Positions 39,920 to 42,470 of a stretch of 42,470 nt of DNA are shown here, piece by piece; positions within the stretch are counted from its first letter, which is position 1, and each line of letters begins with the position of its first letter. Both the position numbers and the translations under genes were made by a program. This DNA is from Candidatus Brocadiaceae bacterium. GTDB taxonomy: Bacteria > Planctomycetota > Brocadiia > SM23-32. Below the pieces are notes generated by a model. It ran no database searches. It was not told the origin of the DNA and saw only the letters and a list, made by a program, of their open reading frames with translations. Where the stretch lies: contig PUMZ01000323.1 of assembly GCA_003551565.1 (NCBI GenBank), positions 1-42,470 of the forward strand, in the 5' to 3' direction.

Positions 39920-41050
39920 ATGATCGGAAAAGACGATATGAATGGAGCGGAGAAGCGAACGATTACGTGTTGCCGCACTTTTTTTGCGTTGCTGGCGATT
40001 TCCATGCTCAGCGCGTTCGTACCGGTGGCAATGCTTGAAACGGGAGGTTGGAGTTGCTTCAGGACCGCCGCGGTATTGCACGCTGACGAGACGCCACAGC
40101 AGTCCTTACTGTCCTCTGTGCCGTCCGGCACCGACCTGGTCGTAGCGATCGATCTCGAACGTTTGCTGGAAGTGGGTTTTGTCCGCGAAGGGCTGAGTGA
40201 AGCGAGGGAAGAGGCGGATATGGAAGAATTGCAGGAGCTTCTCGAAAAGTACGGCATGGAGCTGGAAGACATCGGCAAGGAGTTGGTTCTGTTCGCCGAC
40301 GAAGACAGTGACGAAGGCGGTCTTTTTGGAGTTGTTCTGCGCACTGCGATCGAGGAAGCGAAATTCAAGGAGATACTTGAAGCAGAATCTGAAGAAGAGG
40401 AGGCATTCAACTACGAAACCATAGAAGTCGGGGGTTACGGAGCTTACCTTTTGACGGAGTACAGGAAGGGCGGCTTGTCCGGGCAAGCGGATTCGGCGCC
40501 GGGTCAAATGATGCCGGAAAGTGCAGCGGTCGTTTATCTCGCTCCGGACCAAATGCTGCTGACCGGCGGGGCGCATATTGAAGGGGTTATCGAAAGCATT
40601 GGAGGGGGCCGCAACCTTGACGGGCATCCGCACCCGCGCATGCAGGATATCGATACCGGAGCTCTGGTGTGGGGCGTTTACGAGAGGGCGGACAAAGATG
40701 CTGTCCCGGCGGAGGACGGAGAGAACTTTTGGGAGGGAGTCATAGGGTTAAACTTCGACGTTAACCTGACCGGCGAGGACCAGCAGGACTTTCGATTCCG
40801 CCTCAGCACGGAATCTGCCAGCGCCGGGAGCGCAAGCAACATGCATCAGCAGACCGTTATGCTCTCCCAGCTGATGCTGCCGATGTTTTTTCAGGACGAC
40901 CCCGATATGGCCCAGAAGCTCATGGAAGCCATAGAGATCGAGTTATCCGGCCGGGAGGTCAATTTCAGCGTTTCTCTTGAGCGCGAATTGATCGAAGCTC
41001 TGAGGAAGTTTACAGAAGCGCAGCAACAACAGCAGCAGGAAGATCGGTAA
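39920..41050 (+). CDS. Acidic exported hypothetical protein
   Basis: Long ORF with a hydrophobic N-terminal segment, GGAG RBS near 39909 and a poly-Q C-terminus; start could also be 39938. Confidence 0.75.
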   Translation: MIGKDDMNGAEKRTITCCRTFFALLAISMLSAFVPVAMLETGGWSCFRTAAVLHADETPQQSLLSSVPSGTDLVVAIDLERLLEVGFVREGLSEAREEADMEELQELLEKYGMELEDIGKELVLFADEDSDEGGLFGVVLRTAIEEAKFKEILEAESEEEEAFNYETIEVGGYGAYLLTEYRKGGLSGQADSAPGQMMPESAAVVYLAPDQMLLTGGAHIEGVIESIGGGRNLDGHPHPRMQDIDTGALVWGVYERADKDAVPAEDGENFWEGVIGLNFDVNLTGEDQQDFRFRLSTESASAGSASNMHQQTVMLSQLMLPMFFQDDPDMAQKLMEAIEIELSGREVNFSVSLERELIEALRKFTEAQQQQQQEDR

Positions 41051-41104
41051 GGGCGCCCCGGCAAGGCCCCTGGATTGACGCACCTGTTCAACAGAAGGAT
41101 CGGT

Positions 41105-41130
41105 GCGCCGGTAGCTCAGTGGACAGAGCA
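41105..41130 (+). pseudogene. 5' fragment of a tRNA, probably tRNA-Arg (acceptor 5' strand plus D arm only)
   Basis: GCGCCGG-TA-GCTC-AGTGGACA-GAGC-A: canonical U8, A9, D stem GCTC/GAGC, G18G19 and A20. No anticodon arm or T arm follows. Confidence 0.7.
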
Positions 41131-41398
41131 GAATGAAATGACCCGGGTGGAAGCAAGTATAGTTATTCAGAGTGTTCTGGATCAGGTGACCGCCGAACTA
41201 TCCGATGGCAACCGGCTGGAACTGCGTGATTTCGGCGTCCTGGAACCCCGGGTGCGGAAAGGACAGGACAATGCTCGAAATCCGAGAACGGGCGAAACGG
41301 TTGCCACAGACGGCAAAGTAACGGTGGGGTTTAAGCCTGGTAAGAAGATGAAGCGGGACATCCAGAACTGCCTGGGTACATTGAAAGGGCAAGGCTGA
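41126..41398 (+). pseudogene. HU/IHF-family DNA-binding protein lacking its normal first helix
   Basis: LELRDFG, ARNPRTGE and FKPGK are intact; the expected MTKxEL..IA N-terminus is replaced by tRNA-derived sequence. Confidence 0.75.
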
Positions 41399-41494
41399 AG
41401 TTTTGACGGGCAGGGAAAATGGTGGCTGATAAATACCGGGAATTATGAGAACACAACCGCTTTTCAAAGATAATGACATTTCAGCCCGTAAAAT

Positions 41495-41963
41495 TCAAGC
41501 CAGCTTATCGCGGTAAATGCGCCATTCGGGCATTACATCTTCAAGCATTGCCTTGAAACGTTCGTTGTGTCGGCGTTCAAAGAAATGGAGCATCTCATGC
41601 ACCAGCATATAATCAAGACAACCGTCCGGCTTCTGTATCAGCCACAAATTTAACCATATGCGCCCTGCCTTCGGATTACATGAACCCCACCGCGTTTTCA
41701 TTTTTTTTGACCCTGCACTCCTCCACGTCAACCCCTAACCTGCCTTCCCACTTTGCCACCGCATCCGGAATTCGCTCCTTGAGCCTCTCCCTGTACCATT
41801 CGATAAGGATATGCTCGCGCTTTGCGCTGGCAGTGCCCGGCCTGACCCGAAGCTCTAACGTCCCGTCTGATAAATTCACTGACGGCGAACTGTTTTCCTC
41901 TATGACATGCAGGCGATAGCCCTTTCCGCGATAGTAATGGGTTTCGCCCGTTACTATTCTCCG
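41495..41963 (-). pseudogene. M48/YgjP (DUF45) metallopeptidase-family pseudogene, N-truncated and frameshifted
   Basis: Frame 1 VTGETHYYRGKGYRL...EWYRERLK...RVKK; frame 2 MKTRWGSCN...IWLN...VHEMLH. The frames join at a T8 run (41701-41708). Confidence 0.85.
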
Positions 41964-42108
41964 GTGGTGAGGTATGATCAGAAATCTTACATTGAAACTC
42001 CGCCGATAATAGCAAGTTCACAACCGCTCCATAACTGAAGGATACAGGTTGCGGGTTACCTTTTCACGTCAGTCCAAATCTACGGTTATATTTACGGCAG
42101 GATCTGTC

Positions 42109-42136
42109 TTGACAAAAAGCGTTCATCCTCTACAAT
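42109..42136 (+). promoter_or_regulatory. Sigma70-type promoter
   Basis: TTGACA-16 nt-TACAAT, about 60 bp upstream of the nitroreductase. Confidence 0.6.
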
Positions 42137-42194
42137 ATATTACTCAATAGCGGGGTGAATGTAAAAATAAACAACTCATTACAGGAGTATGCTT

Positions 42195-42470
42195 ATGGAT
42201 TTTTTTGATGTGGTAGAAAAACGTGCAAGTGTTCGGTCGTTCTCTCCGTGCGAGGTCAGTGATGAGGAACTGGAGCGCATTCTGGACGCCGGCCGAAGGG
42301 CACCATCCGGAAATAACGTTCAGCCATGGGAGTTTATCCTGATAAAAGATCCGAATACCCTGGAAAAACTGGGGAAGGTTCAGGGATGTATTGCCCAAGC
42401 AAGTGCGGCTGTTGCGGTAGTGGTTGACCAGCAGGCTACGCGTTTCTGGATAGAAGACGCTTCTGCCGCC
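42195..42470 (+). CDS. Nitroreductase family protein (partial, runs off the right edge; absent from the ORF track)
   Basis: AGGAG RBS; MDFFDVVEKRASVRSF...ILDAGRRAPSGNNVQPWEF. Confidence 0.9.
   Translation, partial: MDFFDVVEKRASVRSFSPCEVSDEELERILDAGRRAPSGNNVQPWEFILIKDPNTLEKLGKVQGCIAQASAAVAVVVDQQATRFWIEDASAA

Noticed and set aside
41018-41038. CAG/CAA run (poly-Q) as a contingency repeat
   Set aside because: Short, mixed codons, in frame at the extreme C-terminus; unlikely to switch function.
42046-42060. CAGGTTGCGGGTT as the 3' half of the split tRNA
   Set aside because: No TTCGA loop and no CCGGCGC acceptor complement follow.

Overview
Bacterial chromosomal window, GC-rich and mostly housekeeping. 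The gene set and order (TPR protein-lptE-ftsH, exported DUF4091-like and GH16 proteins) suggest an anaerobic PVC-group or Planctomycetota-like organism, possibly from a saline habitat; this is inference only. Left to right: two exported glycan-active genes (the first is missing from the ORF track because it runs off the left edge), a UROD/MtaA-family gene, a tetrapyrrole operon (hemL-hemB-sirC-hemC-cobA/hemD), a GGDEF protein, gatB, rph, a nitroreductase, rqcH/NFACT, an orphan cooC, TPR-lptE-ftsH, dapA, rplU-rpmA-obgE, small hypotheticals, rpsB-tsf-pyrH-frr-pgsA, recG, an R/E-rich exported protein and a GspC-like protein, argS, prs, an archaeal-type thyA, an acidic exported protein, a probable decayed island edge (26-nt tRNA-Arg 5' fragment fused into an N-truncated HU/IHF gene, plus a frameshifted M48 peptidase) and a second nitroreductase. 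The most unusual signal is non-coding. Five intergenic loci are built from shared modules: MITE-like TA..TGTTTCA ends, CCTGCCTG palindromes and REPIN-like GCCCC..GGGGC arrays. Comparing copies directly shows nested insertion, a hairpin-loop inversion, a repeat-mediated deletion, a compensatory base change, and ends that abut TAG stop codons. No transposase is present in the window. All family assignments come from motif recognition by eye; no searches were run.
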